This document shows, in pieces, positions 22,734 through 32,937 of a stretch of DNA of 64,000 nt. The notes under the pieces were generated by a model. That model saw only the letters and a list, made by a program, of their open reading frames with translations, ran no database searches and was not told the origin of the DNA. Location: contig JAKMXF010000144.1 of NCBI GenBank assembly GCA_024704765.1, positions 496,001 through 560,000 of the forward strand, read 5' to 3'. This DNA comes from Oopsacas minuta (lineage: Eukaryota > Animalia > Porifera). Made by a program: the position numbers and the translations under genes. Positions within the stretch are counted from its first letter, which is position 1. Every line of letters begins with the position of its first letter.

Positions 22734-25700
22734 ATGGAATTTCACCACAGTCGTTCCTCGCTCAGTTTTATCCTCCTTCTATTCCTCTCTATCCATCAGT
22801 TTTCTTACTCCACACTTCAATTCACATTTATTTCTGAAACGGCAACAAAGAATGCTACATACCAGTACAATTCCACAAATAAAAACGCAAACCAACTCTA
22901 TATTAGCAATGAGACCAGTTTTCTACAGATAGAATGTATGGGAGATGCCAATACAACATCTTTATATTGTCAAAACAACACTTGTCCTACAACAGTTATT
23001 AATATGTCTACGAATCTTAGAATCTTACAATTAAACTCTTCCCATCAATATCAATCAAATTACACATGTAGATCTGGTGTGAATAATATCACTGTAGAGG
23101 TTTTGATTGGCAGAATACCTGTTATAAGCATAGCAAATCAATCTACAATATTTGTTCCAAAAAACGGATCGTTTGTCTTACAAACTAAAGTTAATTCTTT
23201 ACCGGAAGCAGCTATACAATGGTATTTAAATTCACAGAAAAATTTTACTACTACAAATACAACATTTCCATTGTTACAAATAGACTCATTCAATAGTGAT
23301 CTAGTTGGTAATTATACTCTTGTGGCTAGTAACAAACTCGGTTCATCTTCCATAACTTTTGTTGTCAATCTTGTGATTGCTCCTGCGATAATATCACATA
23401 ATGTATCTAGGTCGTATCCAATTGAATATTCAAATGTAACTCTGTTAATAGAACTGGATAACACACCTATACCATCTCCTACAGTTAATTGGTTGTTTAA
23501 CTCCAATCAGCTGATGAGCTCAGCTGATTATATACTTTCTAATTATACTGAAGATGGTAAGCAGTATTACTCACTTAAGATTGTGTCTATTACGCGGAAT
23601 TTGGCAGGCAATTACACTGTTGAAGTGATGAACATATTTTGCACGAGGAGTAGCTCATTTGTTCTCACTATTGGAAGTATACCTGTTAATCGTGTTTTGA
23701 ATGGAGACCTAACTTACCTCATCAACTCTACAGCCACCTTATGTTGTGCTAATACAGCTGATCCACCTGTAGAGAATATAATGTGGCAGTTCAATAACGA
23801 ATCATTGTCTGATCTGGATAATGGCGTAAATGAAACTCTAATTATCCCACGGGTCCAGCTATCAGATGCAGGTCAGTACACCTGTACACCATCTAATGTA
23901 TATGGGAGTATTACCATTCCATTCAACCTTATCATACACTCACCTCCTGTATTCAATCACACCAAAGATCTTACAAATATTGTTATAAACACGATTGATG
24001 AATTAAACCTAACATGTTATGCTCTTGGCATTCCTATCCCCCAGATAGAATGGTCACATGACAACGAAGTTTTGACAGATGTTATGTTCACGACAAGCGG
24101 GGCTACACAAATAATGAGTACCCTGACAGTTTATGTTATAGAAAATGCTACATACACCTGTCGTGCTTTCTCCAATATAACAAGTTCTCCTGGCATGACT
24201 CAAACATTCTCTATAACAGCTAACTATACAGTATACGTCATACTGCCTACACCCACCACTCCTGTAATACCTCCCGTATCTCCCGTAATACCATTCATAC
24301 AGGATAGCTTAGTATTCACTGCTTTGTTCTGTGTAGCTATTTTGTTCATGATGTGTCTAGCAATTGCTCTAGCCATTGTGTGTCTCCTGCAGCAGAGATT
24401 ACGTACAATGAAGATAATTGAGCTGAACTCTCCTCAAGAGTTATCACATAATCTAGAAATGACTATAATACATCCTAACGATAAATTTCAAACACTAGTG
24501 CCTAAAGAATATGCAATGCTAGACTCTCTGAGTGAATCTGGTATTGTCATTGATGTCAAGGTGTCAGAAATCGCGAAATATATCGAAAACTTAAAAGCTA
24601 ACGATAAACTAGGATTCTCTGAACAATATGATATTCTAAGACAAAAAGCTCCTGAACACGACTCAACTGTAGGAGACCTACAAGATAATATTAGTAAGAA
24701 CAGATACAAGAATATTTACTGCTACGACCATAGTAGAGTTAAGCTAACACCTCTGGACGATACTCATAACGATTTCATTCATGCTAATTTTGTAGGAGGA
24801 TATAACCATGAGAAGGAGTACATTGCTACACAGGGCCCCCTAGAGAATACAGTAGATGATATGTGGAGGATGGTGTGGGAGTATAAATGTAGTAGTATAG
24901 TAATGCTGACCAAATGTATGGAAAATCTTAAGAGAAAATGTGCTCTCTATTGGGTGGAGGAAGGTAGGACTGTTTTCTTCCAAATCGCGGTTACTCATAT
25001 CTCTAGCTTGCATCTAGTGGACTATTCAATCATTAAACTTAGTTTACAGCCAGTAGACTACACCGGAGAGAAATTACAGGTCTCTTTGTTTCAGTTTATC
25101 TCATGGCCTGATTTTGGTACTCCAGACAGTCCAGCAGCACTTCTACACTTCAGGAACAAGGTTAGAGATTACCATCCTTACAATTCTATCAATCCTATGG
25201 TAGTGCATTGTAGCGCCGGTGTAGGGAGATCTGGCACATTCATAGCTCTTGATATTGAGCTGCAGAAAGCCTCAATGGAAGACAAAATAAATCCATTTAC
25301 TCGTGTTCTTGAGATGAGAGATTCTCGGAATTATTTAGTTCAAACAGAGAGCCAGTTCATCTTCCTACATGACGCTATATTAGAAGGGATATTATTCGGC
25401 TATGAAGATACAACAGTAACTGAACTTCCCATACTTATAGATAATCTACTCAAGATAGATCCTGATGTTAAAAAAACTGGATTTGAGTTAGATTTCAAAG
25501 CACTCACTTCTGGGAAGATTGACACGCGACAGTTTTCTGACGGCAATCTACCTGTAAATATCGGGAAAAATCGTAGCACACATATTTTGCCATTCAACAA
25601 AAACCGCGTTAAATTAACTATGATGCCTGGTGTAGATGGATCAGACTATATCAATGCGAGTATAATCGATAGCTACGCTTTTAAACATGTTTTCATTTCC

Positions 25701-26297
25701 ACACAAGCACCAATGGATTCCACTATCTGTGATTTCTGGAGAATGATATTCGAACGTAATGTTCATACAGTAATAATGCTATGTAACTTGATTGAGCATA
25801 AAACTGAAGTATGTGCCAAGTATTGGCCTGAGATTGGAGATGAATTAGATCTGGATGCAGTAACTATAACAAATCAAGGAGAGGAGCAGAACGATGATCT
25901 AAAAATACTTGAACGTGATTTAAAAGTTGAATACAAGAAACTGAAGTCATCTCGTGTTATAAAGCACTATAACTTTCAAGGTTGGTATGATAATAGATTT
26001 CCTGAGGATTTAAATGGGCTGATAGAGCTGTTAGATATCGCGAATGAATGTAACAACGAGGATAAGAGAGCTCCTATTCTCGTACATTGTAGTACGGGAG
26101 TAGGACGTACTGGTGTATTCTGTTCACTATACAACTCTATTGAACAAGCCACGTTTGAAGAATGTGTTAACTTATTCTACGTCATCAAAAAACTCAGGTT
26201 ACAGAGAATACACACTATTCAGTCGTTACAACAATACCAATTCTGCTACCAGGCTTTAGCAGAGTGTTTGAGAGCAATCGAAGAGAAAGACAGTTAA
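22734..26297 (+). CDS. Receptor protein tyrosine phosphatase: signal peptide, about 5 Ig-like domains, TM, tandem D1/D2 PTP domains; intronless
   Basis: Ig motifs (DAGQYTC, GNYTLVASN, LTCYALGIPIPQIEW); D1 KNRY, WPDFG, VHCSAGVGRSG; D2 KNRS, GWYD, VHCSTGVGRTG. Confidence 0.95.
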   Translation: MEFHHSRSSLSFILLLFLSIHQFSYSTLQFTFISETATKNATYQYNSTNKNANQLYISNETSFLQIECMGDANTTSLYCQNNTCPTTVINMSTNLRILQLNSSHQYQSNYTCRSGVNNITVEVLIGRIPVISIANQSTIFVPKNGSFVLQTKVNSLPEAAIQWYLNSQKNFTTTNTTFPLLQIDSFNSDLVGNYTLVASNKLGSSSITFVVNLVIAPAIISHNVSRSYPIEYSNVTLLIELDNTPIPSPTVNWLFNSNQLMSSADYILSNYTEDGKQYYSLKIVSITRNLAGNYTVEVMNIFCTRSSSFVLTIGSIPVNRVLNGDLTYLINSTATLCCANTADPPVENIMWQFNNESLSDLDNGVNETLIIPRVQLSDAGQYTCTPSNVYGSITIPFNLIIHSPPVFNHTKDLTNIVINTIDELNLTCYALGIPIPQIEWSHDNEVLTDVMFTTSGATQIMSTLTVYVIENATYTCRAFSNITSSPGMTQTFSITANYTVYVILPTPTTPVIPPVSPVIPFIQDSLVFTALFCVAILFMMCLAIALAIVCLLQQRLRTMKIIELNSPQELSHNLEMTIIHPNDKFQTLVPKEYAMLDSLSESGIVIDVKVSEIAKYIENLKANDKLGFSEQYDILRQKAPEHDSTVGDLQDNISKNRYKNIYCYDHSRVKLTPLDDTHNDFIHANFVGGYNHEKEYIATQGPLENTVDDMWRMVWEYKCSSIVMLTKCMENLKRKCALYWVEEGRTVFFQIAVTHISSLHLVDYSIIKLSLQPVDYTGEKLQVSLFQFISWPDFGTPDSPAALLHFRNKVRDYHPYNSINPMVVHCSAGVGRSGTFIALDIELQKASMEDKINPFTRVLEMRDSRNYLVQTESQFIFLHDAILEGILFGYEDTTVTELPILIDNLLKIDPDVKKTGFELDFKALTSGKIDTRQFSDGNLPVNIGKNRSTHILPFNKNRVKLTMMPGVDGSDYINASIIDSYAFKHVFISTQAPMDSTICDFWRMIFERNVHTVIMLCNLIEHKTEVCAKYWPEIGDELDLDAVTITNQGEEQNDDLKILERDLKVEYKKLKSSRVIKHYNFQGWYDNRFPEDLNGLIELLDIANECNNEDKRAPILVHCSTGVGRTGVFCSLYNSIEQATFEECVNLFYVIKKLRLQRIHTIQSLQQYQFCYQALAECLRAIEEKDS

Positions 26298-26578
26298 CTT
26301 TGTTATGTCACATCCAGAAATTTCTTTATTTTTATGCCAATTCTGTGGTTTGTTTAAAGAAAAGGCGATTTCGCCAAACTTCTCAATTTGGTCTTATTTT
26401 TATTCAAAGTATTCATTTAAACTGCGGATTGATTTTGCACCGTATATACTACAGCAATTCCATGTTCTTAGCCAACAAATTAAATATCTAACTATTTACG
26501 TATTTCTAATATTAATAGATTACAAATTCCCATTAACTTTTAATAACTGCCAACATTCACTAATTTAGCTATAATTTA

Positions 26579-29299
26579 ATGATCAGTCTAATTACATTCC
26601 TCCTAATCTTATTTATTACACATCCATGCAGGCCAGATTGCTATGGAAACGTTACTGATAGTATAATACAAGTTCATATTTTATCTATTATTGATATACC
26701 GCCTGAATCAGGGGATCCCCCTCAGGTAACATTACTCGCGGTTTATTACAACTGTCGTGCTCACTCCCCTTCCCCAGATCTCTTCTCCTCCCTCACTCTT
26801 ACAGTAGATTTCCAAGTATCCATTCCAGATCCTTCTGTTATACAATATACCCAAATTGATTTTGAGTGTAAGAGTGATAGTTGGGTTAATATAATTTCTG
26901 CTACTCCAGTATATAACTCGTCTCAACCAGAAGAGTATAGGTCACATTCATTCTATAAAGACAACTGTACACAATGTCATATATCAGCTAGCAACCCGTA
27001 TCACTGTATAGAATGTGATGAAATGTGTAGTGAGAGTTATTTCGGTTACTGCACGTCTCTAGGTGCTTCTGAATGTTGTGATTACTTATGGCAAGATATT
27101 TGCTACACTTCATGTCCTCTAAGAACTGTATCGGATTTAAATCACACTTGTAAATGCTCTAATTTCGTATCTGGTATTAATTGTGACGTATGCCATTATC
27201 CCTGTGAAAATAATGGAACAACAAATGCGGAATGTAACGGCTGTGTGTGTCCACAAGGTTACACTGATGTTAACTGTAGCACAGAGATAAATTACTGTCT
27301 TAACACTCCCTGTCCTGAAAACGCGATTTGCAACACTTCACCACTAGGGTTTATTTGTACATGTATACAAGGTTATACAGGTGTAGATTGTGAGTCAGAA
27401 ATAAACTATTGTATAACTCAACCTTGTCATAACGAAGCTGTATGCAGATACAATACATCTGGATACACTTGTATATGCCATGCAGGTACTACCGGATTTG
27501 ATTGTAGTTCTATAATAGACTCTTGCTCTATACAGAATCCTTGTGTTAACAATGCTACATGTGTGAATGGTATAAGAGGAGCTGAGTGTGTATGTACTTA
27601 TGAGTACACAGGTCAGTTGTGTGAGTCTGTAATTGATTTCTGTGATTATTCTCCGTGTGAAAATAACGGTTCATGTACACCTATACTCGGTAACTATACC
27701 TGTTCTTGTGATTTCCCATACACAGGCTTACAATGTCAGGACACTATAGACTACTGTATGCCTAATCCCTGTGTAGTTAATAGCACTATAGGCTGTGTGA
27801 ATGTAGAACAAGGTCCTGTTTGTGTTTGTGAGGGAGGCTATACAGGAGAGTTGTGTGGAGATAATATCAATGACTGTATAGACGTAGATTGTAACGGAGG
27901 TATGTGTATTGATGAGGTGTTGGGATATATATGTCAATGTCCGCTAGGTGTTACTGGAGATAATTGTGAGTTGAATGATGTGGAGGTGTTGTGTAGTGAA
28001 ATTATGTGTCAAAATAACGGTAGTTGTAGTCATGAATATTTTATGAATGCGAATAGAGATGAAGTGATATTAGTCGCGAGTGGGAATTTCACATACAAAT
28101 CTGATTATTGTAATTGTAGTAATGCATGGGGTGGAGTATTGTGTATAGAGTGTTTGTTAGCTTGTGGTGATAACCAGGTGCAAGATTTCGCGTGTTTCCA
28201 ATGTATGTGTGAGGGTCTATGGAGTGGAGAGGAATGCTTAGAGTGTGAATATTTTCGCGAGGCTGGTGTGTGTGTTGAGAACTGTACTCTAGAAAGCTAT
28301 CAAGTTTCTGCTAATAGAACTTGTTTTGCTTGTGGATTACCGAATTGTATACTTTGCAACCAATCCCGACCTCAGGAATGTATGGAATGTGAATCTAATT
28401 ACACTCTAAATGTGGATACTGGTGAGTGTGAAGAAACTCCAATGCACATCACTACAATTTCCATGACAACGTCTTCCCCTACCCAACCATCCACTGACCC
28501 TCCTTTTGAATTTCCTACTTTGAACTTTTCCCTTCCTCTCGGATTCCTGCTTCTTCTCCTGATAATAATCGCGATTATTATAGCTGTATACTGCTTGTGG
28601 AAGTTCAAGTGTTGTGGATGCGGGGGCTGTGGGGGCGGGGGGAACAGTAGAGGGGGTCCTAGCTGGTGGGGATGGGGATCTGGGAGGAAACAAAAGATGA
28701 ATATTAAAGTTAGAAGAAAAGGCTTAGATGATAATGATGATGTAGTTGTTAGATCTGGTAAGAAAAGGAAAGTTGTTAAAAAACGCGTGAACAAGAAGAA
28801 AATTGATAAATACAAAAATCTTGAGAATAATAGGAAAAGTTTTGAATTCCTGCCTCCAACAGCTGATCTAAAGCCTACACATTCTGAAGCAATAGAACTC
28901 AATGATAATCCTGAATACAGCCCTTTGAGACACACAACACCATATACAGATGATTATGAGTTTATATTTGAGCGTCAGCTGAAACAGGGGGGCCCCACCT
29001 CAACCCCTCTACACCCCCCTACCCATACAGTCAGTACCATACTGACACCAGCAGGTGAGTCACAGATTGGTGACTATCATTCATATCAAGATTCTTTCAC
29101 CTCAGAATCTGTGTACTTTCCTCCTTCTGTATTACAGCAATACGAGAATGTTAATAATGATAATTCCCCCCAACGCAATACCCCAGAGTATGACGCTAAT
29201 TATTATATTTGGATGTCAACTGACAATTATCAGGAATACACACAAGCTACACAGTCAGGTATCTCACAGAACTCTCCACACAGTCACACAACCCTCTAG
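26579..29299 (+). CDS. Single-pass EGF-repeat receptor-like protein with a Cys-rich N-terminal module and furin-like repeats; intronless
   Basis: Signal peptide; multiple CxCxxGYTGxxC EGF repeats, several of Ca-binding type; TM (LPLGFLLLLLIIIAIIIAVYCLW); Cys/Gly juxtamembrane segment; basic stretch; NPEY motif. Confidence 0.9.
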   Translation: MISLITFLLILFITHPCRPDCYGNVTDSIIQVHILSIIDIPPESGDPPQVTLLAVYYNCRAHSPSPDLFSSLTLTVDFQVSIPDPSVIQYTQIDFECKSDSWVNIISATPVYNSSQPEEYRSHSFYKDNCTQCHISASNPYHCIECDEMCSESYFGYCTSLGASECCDYLWQDICYTSCPLRTVSDLNHTCKCSNFVSGINCDVCHYPCENNGTTNAECNGCVCPQGYTDVNCSTEINYCLNTPCPENAICNTSPLGFICTCIQGYTGVDCESEINYCITQPCHNEAVCRYNTSGYTCICHAGTTGFDCSSIIDSCSIQNPCVNNATCVNGIRGAECVCTYEYTGQLCESVIDFCDYSPCENNGSCTPILGNYTCSCDFPYTGLQCQDTIDYCMPNPCVVNSTIGCVNVEQGPVCVCEGGYTGELCGDNINDCIDVDCNGGMCIDEVLGYICQCPLGVTGDNCELNDVEVLCSEIMCQNNGSCSHEYFMNANRDEVILVASGNFTYKSDYCNCSNAWGGVLCIECLLACGDNQVQDFACFQCMCEGLWSGEECLECEYFREAGVCVENCTLESYQVSANRTCFACGLPNCILCNQSRPQECMECESNYTLNVDTGECEETPMHITTISMTTSSPTQPSTDPPFEFPTLNFSLPLGFLLLLLIIIAIIIAVYCLWKFKCCGCGGCGGGGNSRGGPSWWGWGSGRKQKMNIKVRRKGLDDNDDVVVRSGKKRKVVKKRVNKKKIDKYKNLENNRKSFEFLPPTADLKPTHSEAIELNDNPEYSPLRHTTPYTDDYEFIFERQLKQGGPTSTPLHPPTHTVSTILTPAGESQIGDYHSYQDSFTSESVYFPPSVLQQYENVNNDNSPQRNTPEYDANYYIWMSTDNYQEYTQATQSGISQNSPHSHTTL

Positions 29300-29437
29300 A
29301 GTATCACTTTATTTTATACTTTTATATCTTTTTATTCCTAAGGGAAAGTTCGTATAATAATTAGATTATATTTCATAAATCTTTGCTAGGAATATCACTA
29401 ATGTTTTGTACATTGATTTCTTGTATAGAGACATAAA

Positions 29438-30733
29438 ATGCGAGAAATTCTCTTCTTCTTCGACATTGTATGTCCATATGCTTACACTGCTACTACACTC
29501 ATCAATGAGTTATCTCTCAAACTAAATGTCCGCTTTATTTGGCGTCCAGTTCTTCTAGGTGGTCTCTACCAGGCCACAGAGGCTCCTCAGGGTGCAGCAG
29601 GTTCTGCTACTGATCCCATGTCAAACTCTAAACGTATGTACTCTGCACTTGACCTTGCAAGAACCCTGAAACGCTATAGAGTGCCTTATAAAGAAGGGGT
29701 TGGTCCTACCCAGAGAACACTCAATGCAATGAGACTGTTAACATCTATACCTGACCAAAATACAATGATACTATTAGCACATAGATTATTCAATATGTAT
29801 TGGTACGAGGGTAGAGATATGACGTCAATAGCTAACCTCCAGGAGGCAACTAATGACCAACAAATACCTATAGATGTTATCTCAAACATTGAGCAAGATA
29901 GGGTGAAGGAAGAATTGAAAACTAACACTAATTCTGCTGCAGAAATGGGTGTGTTTGGCGTGCCTACATTCCAGTTAGATGGAAAATTGTTTTTCGGAGT
30001 TGACAGTATTCCTAGGTTAGCTGCCAAATTAGGATCTACTTATGTGCAGCCTTTGAGATTGTGTACACATACCACAATAACCAGGAGAGTTAGACTCACA
30101 TTTTTCTATGATTATGCTAGTCCATGGTCTTTCTTTGCATTCTCACAACTAGACAAAGTTCTCAAAAGTGTGTCTCCTATACAAGTGAATGTAGAATTTG
30201 TCCCAGTATTGACTGGTGGGATATTTCGCACTTTGAATGCTCCTACTGTCCCTGTGACAGTTATGCCTAAAGCTAAGGTATCTTACTATATGGGAAATAT
30301 GATGGACACCTCGGAGTATCTGAAACTACCTTATACTTATTCATCTCATTTCCCTCTCAGAAGCCTGCTAGCTCTCAGAGCTGATATCGTTTCTGGTCAT
30401 AATATCAAACTTATGACATCACTATTCTCAGCTGCATGGCAAAGAGATTTGGATATTTCTAAGCAAGAGATAGTTTCTGATCTCGTGGAAGAAGCTGGGC
30501 TAAACAGTAGTAATATACTTACTTCTGCACAGACAGATTCTGTTAAGTCACAGCTAAGAGCTAACAACGAGAGAGCTGTTGCATGTGGTGCTTTTGGTGT
30601 ACCTACTTTCCAGGTGGATAACGGTAGAATAGTATGGGGACAAGATAGATTGAATATAGTAGAGGATCTATTGTGTGGATGGACTGATGTAGATGGTGAT
30701 GATAATAGTAGAAGTGTGAAAAGTAAACTGTGA
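29438..30733 (+). CDS. Tandem kappa-class GST / 2-hydroxychromene-2-carboxylate isomerase (DsbA-like) fusion with C-terminal SKL; intronless
   Basis: Two homologous halves: FFFDIVCPYAY...WRPVLLGG...GVFGVPTF and FFYDYASPWSF...FVPVLTGG...GAFGVPTF..WGQDR; ends VKSKL. Confidence 0.88.
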   Translation: MREILFFFDIVCPYAYTATTLINELSLKLNVRFIWRPVLLGGLYQATEAPQGAAGSATDPMSNSKRMYSALDLARTLKRYRVPYKEGVGPTQRTLNAMRLLTSIPDQNTMILLAHRLFNMYWYEGRDMTSIANLQEATNDQQIPIDVISNIEQDRVKEELKTNTNSAAEMGVFGVPTFQLDGKLFFGVDSIPRLAAKLGSTYVQPLRLCTHTTITRRVRLTFFYDYASPWSFFAFSQLDKVLKSVSPIQVNVEFVPVLTGGIFRTLNAPTVPVTVMPKAKVSYYMGNMMDTSEYLKLPYTYSSHFPLRSLLALRADIVSGHNIKLMTSLFSAAWQRDLDISKQEIVSDLVEEAGLNSSNILTSAQTDSVKSQLRANNERAVACGAFGVPTFQVDNGRIVWGQDRLNIVEDLLCGWTDVDGDDNSRSVKSKL

Positions 30734-31350
30734 TTTGTTAATAATATTTGGATCGATTGTATTTGATAGTTTTGATATTATTATGAAGTGTATTTTAAAA
30801 TTATATCATTATCTGCTAATTCTGTAGTCGTATGTAAATACAAACTTTGCACTCATGTAGTATTCTACAATAGTATACATCTCAGGCTGACGTCTGTTTA
30901 GTTCGTTGACATTTAGTGGTGTCATGCTGTGGAAGCACGTGGGAGCGCCCCTCCCATTTCCTATACCTTCTTGCATTGACACGTTATAAATCCTGCATAA
31001 TTTTGAAATTTTTTACTTTATTCTAATCTCCCTTGTTTATCTTTCTTTGATTAACGCGATGAATACACTCTATATAACAACTAGAAATGCTAATGACACG
31101 CAGACAGATAAACAATAATTTATGTCCTTTTCTTTGTATATTTTCCTTGTTTAATTTCATGGATGAATTGGGTTTCTAAATATACATTAGGTGATTTCAG
31201 TATTTTTTGCTGATACAATAGGTTCTGAACTGTTCTTACATTAATTATTTGGACCTCCATTATCAGAATATGTACAAGAGAATACAATAATATCACATTA
31301 CGTATAGCAGTAATAATATAACTTGATGTTATTTTGATTTCATATATAAC

Positions 31351-31412
31351 TAGCGCGCTTTGCATGCTGCGCGCTACGTGGTTGCGAACTCGAGAGCCGT
31401 AGGCTCTCGAGT
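31351..31412. other. Pair of GC-rich DNA hairpins, possibly a rolling-circle (Helitron-like) element terminus
   Basis: TAGCGCGC/GCGCGCTA stem (31351-31376) next to CTAG, and a perfect 11-bp stem ACTCGAGAGCC-GTA-GGCTCTCGAGT (31388-31412). The element class is an inference. Confidence 0.5.
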
Positions 31413-31803
31413 ACATAAACTCACAATCTTAACCGTAGCAAACATGATTCTGCGATAATTGTTAAACCTGCTTACTTTATGTACCCAAAAGTGAACAAAT
31501 ATTTGAGAAATGTTGTTTACAATATCATATTTGGACTCAGCGTACTCGATTACCCTAAGATAGTCGTTGAAAGTATGATTCTACCTCAATTTTGAAATTT
31601 GTTTACTTTATATTCATAAAAACAACAATAAATTTACATATGAGAAACTTGAAAATGCGAAATTCGGGATCAGCGTACTTGATTACCCCTATATGTCTGT
31701 TGAGAGCAAGTCTCTAAGTATATTTCGAGATTTTAACTAATTGTTTACTTTATATTCACAAAAACAACAATAAATTTACATATGAGAAACTTGAAAATGC
31801 GAC

Positions 31804-31963
31804 CAACCGGCTAAACCTGCTAAACCGGCTAAACCGGTTAAACCTGCTAAACCGGTTAAACCTGCTAAACCGGTTAAACCTGCTAAACCGGCTAAACCGG
31901 CTAAACCTGCTAAACCGGTTAAACCGGCTAAACCTGCTAAACCTGTTCAACCTGCTAAACCTG
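31804..31963. repeat. 9-bp minisatellite (AAACC[G/T]G[C/T]T), about 17 units
   Basis: Directly visible; it produces the spurious RFS-repeat ORF at 31756-31950. Confidence 0.95.
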
Positions 31964-32074
31964 ATCTAGCATCATCTAGAAGCCGAATTTATCAGAAAAT
32001 TGCCATACAAATACTTTTTAGGTCTGAGATTGCACCTCGGGTTAGAATTTTGAATATTTCACACCTTTTTTCGT

Positions 32075-32645
32075 GATTAATCATATTTTCACACCTTTTC
32101 GCGTATTATTCAAAATCATGCTAGAGATTTTGTTTTAACTGCTAGTAATGGGTAATCAAGTATGTAGATTCCAATTTTGATATTTTCAAGTCTCTATCTA
32201 AATGATTTATCATATGATTAATCATATTTCACACCTTTTTGCTTATTATTCAAAATCATGCTAGAGATTTTGTTTTAACTGCTAGTAATGGGTAATCAAG
32301 TATGTAGATTTCAATTTTGATATTTTCAAGTCTCTATCTAAATGATTTATCATATGATTAATCATATTTCACACCTTTTTGCTTATTATTCAAAATCATG
32401 CTAGAGATTTTGTTTTAACTGCTAGTAATGGGTAATCAAGTATGTAGATTTCAATTTTGATATTTTCAAGTCTCTATCTAAATGATTTATCATATGATTA
32501 ATCATATTTCACACCTTTTGGCGTATTATTCAAAATCATGCTAGAGATTTTGTTTTAACTGCTAGTAATGGGTAATCAAGTATGTAGATTCCAATTTTGA
32601 TATTTTCAAACCTATACATACAGATACAGGATTTATCATATGATT
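32075..32645. repeat. 140-bp tandem repeat, about 4 near-identical copies
   Basis: ATTATTCAAAATCATG recurs at 32105, 32245, 32385 and 32525. Confidence 0.96.
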
Positions 32646-32937
32646 GATTTTACTTCATCCCACTTAATGTGGTTGTCGGAGCGGAAGCAAGTGCCCTACA
32701 AACATTTGACCCAAAGGAAAATCATTTTGCACAGATTGCGATTTGAGAATTTTTTCAGGGCAAAATTTCGGGATATCCTGTCATGGGCATGGCAACAACA
32801 GGATTTTTGAGGGGCCTACTGTATATTTTGGGAGGCACAGAAACCCAAAATTCTGAGTGTTTTTCATGTAGATATAGAATATTTTGGGGGGTTGTGATTT
32901 TATATGTCCGTGATTATGGTGGTACGCGGTGTTAAAA

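Larger units (their letters stand above)
31500..32650. mobile_element. Foldback-like composite repeat: left arm of about 135-142-bp repeats, central 9-bp minisatellite, inverted right arm of 140-bp tandem repeats
   Basis: Left arm has CATATGAGAAACTTGAAAATGCGAAATTCGGGATCAGCGTACTTGATTACCC; the reverse complement of the right-arm unit has GAGACTTGAAAATATCAAAATTGAAATCTACATACTTGATTACCC. Confidence 0.65.

Noticed and set aside
30886-31010. Possible spliced-leader or Sm-class snRNA gene (small TGGGAG/CTCCCA hairpin, AATTTTGA downstream)
   Set aside because: No convincing exon/GT donor arrangement or similarity to U1, U2, U4, U5 or U6; the Sm-like heptamer is common in AT-rich DNA. An Infernal search would be needed.
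31756-31950. RFS-repeat ORF (or PAK repeats on +)
   Set aside because: Product of the 9-bp minisatellite; stop-free frames are expected from the unit sequence.
32075-32645. CRISPR array or multi-copy ncRNA cluster
   Set aside because: Whole 140-bp units are near-identical with no variable spacer, and there is no recognisable snRNA, tRNA or 5S motif.
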